DNA from: a bacterium
GTDB taxonomy: Bacteria; Pseudomonadota; Gammaproteobacteria; Burkholderiales; Thiobacillaceae
Assembly (NCBI GenBank): GCA_009772925.1
Contig: WOUQ01000004.1
Location: 18,592 to 82,591, forward strand
Direction: 5' to 3'
Length of the DNA: 64,000 bases
Within the stretch, counting starts at the first letter, position 1; every line of letters starts with the position of its first letter. Below, in pieces: positions 61,629 to 64,000 of the stretch. A program made the position numbers and the translations under genes. The notes beneath the pieces were generated by a model, which saw only the letters and a list, made by a program, of their open reading frames with translations, had not been told where the DNA came from and made no database searches.

Positions 61629-62534
61629 TCAGAGTAGCTTGAGCAAAGCCACCATGCCAAGTATCAAAGTGACCCAGCCGACCACCCCGCGCAGAGTCGC
61701 CTCGGTCGCCCGGCGCACGGTCAGCGTGGCCATGGGCACGGAAAGCAGGGCGCCGAGGGCCAGCGGCAGGGCGAGTTCCCAAGCGATGCTCTTGCCCAGG
61801 GCCAGGTAGGCGAGGACGCCGATCAGGCAGGTGAAGGATTCCGCCACCGAGGTCACCGCCACCGCGTGTTTCGCCGGCAATCCGGAAACCACCTGGCCGG
61901 AGGTGACGAGGGGGCCGTAACCACCGCCCGACAGACCCTTGTTGAAGGCCGCCACGGCGCCCACCGCGACGATGCCGGCGGGCCGGTAGGGAATCTGGCG
62001 GTGGCGGGTCAGCAGGATGATCACGCCCATGGCCAGGATGATGACGGTGATGAACAGGCCCAGCCAGAACTTGGAAACGCTGACCGCCAGCCACACCGCG
62101 AGGATGGCGCCGACCGCCGACAGGCTGCCGAGCAGCAGGGTGGTGCGGCGGGCGCGCGCGTCATTGAGGAAATCGACGTTGCCATCGCGCTGATGCAGCA
62201 GGCCGGCGGCGAGGCCGGTCATCAACTCGCTGATCAATATAGCCGGCACGATTTGCAAGGGCTCGAATCCCGACAGCAGCAACAGTGGCGTCAGCGTCGT
62301 GCCGTAACCCATGCCCAGACTCGAATCCAGGTATTCGCAGGCGAGGGCGGCCATGAAGATCGCCATCATCACCGGCATGGAGAGTCCCAGGGTTTCGCGG
62401 GCGCCGACTTCCCAGCCCGGCACGAGGTGCAGCGTAGCCAGGGTGGCGAGCACCCCGCCGACCAGCAGCAACCACAGGCGCGTGCGGCGGCTGGACAGGG
62501 GGGGCAGGGCGGCAACCAGGGATAGGGCGGACAT
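61629..62534 (-). CDS. TauE/SafE-family anion (sulfite) exporter
   Basis: ORF trimmed to ATG 62534. 301 aa, about 8 TM, TauE-type sequence. Confidence 0.85.
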   Translation of the reverse strand: MSALSLVAALPPLSSRRTRLWLLLVGGVLATLATLHLVPGWEVGARETLGLSMPVMMAIFMAALACEYLDSSLGMGYGTTLTPLLLLSGFEPLQIVPAILISELMTGLAAGLLHQRDGNVDFLNDARARRTTLLLGSLSAVGAILAVWLAVSVSKFWLGLFITVIILAMGVIILLTRHRQIPYRPAGIVAVGAVAAFNKGLSGGGYGPLVTSGQVVSGLPAKHAVAVTSVAESFTCLIGVLAYLALGKSIAWELALPLALGALLSVPMATLTVRRATEATLRGVVGWVTLILGMVALLKLL

Positions 62535-62704
62535 GATGTGCTCCGAAGGGGAGGGATGTCCCCTCCTTGCAATAGCCATGCCAGCCTCGCCTGTATTGGT
62601 GTGGATGGCCGGCCGGCTGAGGGGCGCGGCCGGTTGCCATCAACTGGAGTAATCCATGCTTGCGCCTATACTGTTTATATGAACGGAAAAACGGTGCTTA
62701 AACA

Positions 62705-63895
<1,191 letters not shown>

Positions 63896-64000
63896 ATCAC
63901 AGGTGCCGTGATCAGCCCGCGCGCCGGTGCGCGCGAAGGTGGAAGCGGCCGGGATCGACGGCGTCGAGCAACTCGCCTTCCAGCGGCATGGGGTCGCCGT

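Noticed and set aside
62669-62688. SOS-box-like TACTGT-N8-ACGGAA upstream of the sigma-54 activator gene.
   Set aside because: Only the left half matches CTGT-N8-ACAG. The right half has a mismatch in the core (ACGG). It sits in generally AT-rich DNA where such partial matches are expected, and the TATACT part may simply be a -10 element.

Overview
GC-rich chromosomal segment (about two-thirds G+C by eye, not computed). Gene content and order look betaproteobacterial, of the Rhodocyclales/Nitrosomonadales type, and almost all of it is core genome. Positions 133-16000 form one co-directional, tightly packed string: mlaFEDCB, an ABC-2 exporter pair, ibaG, murA, a Phd/VapC toxin-antitoxin pair, hisGDCBHAFIE, a HIT protein and tatABC. 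Next come amt, a cupin, an HU gene, tRNA-Ser(GGA), bcp and a PIN-PhoH protein. A small exopolysaccharide-type block follows: an EpsD-family PPIase lipoprotein, a CPBP/CAAX protease, a DHH/DHHA1 phosphoesterase, a two-domain APS kinase with a degenerate sulfurylase domain, and manC. Then come xerD and ogt, and a minus-strand run of Rieske oxygenase, DUF455, VanZ and nitroreductase. The least ordinary part is 31.4-36.0 kb. It holds a CRP-type regulator, two TGTGA-N6-TCACA boxes, a secreted repeat protein with a peptidoglycan-binding domain, a PHD-like 2OG oxygenase and a secreted DUF4139 protein. The rest is a PolB-like exonuclease, rlmD, LysR/htpX, terC, yqhA, an overlapping HicA-like/GIY-YIG pair, pilBCD-coaE-zapD, an M23 peptidase, dsbB-dsbA-radical SAM, mutY, a degenerate GGDEF-EAL membrane protein, pirin, hslR, an OmpR/HK pair, tex, tauE and a sigma-54 activator. 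I saw no rRNA, CRISPR array, IS element, integrase or prophage. Many long ORFs in the track are antisense or alternate-frame artefacts of the GC content. No unambiguous novel system is visible. The best candidates are the CRP-box-linked envelope cluster, the PAPS-supply and PAP-recycling module, and the HicA-like/GIY-YIG pair. All functional links between genes are inference.
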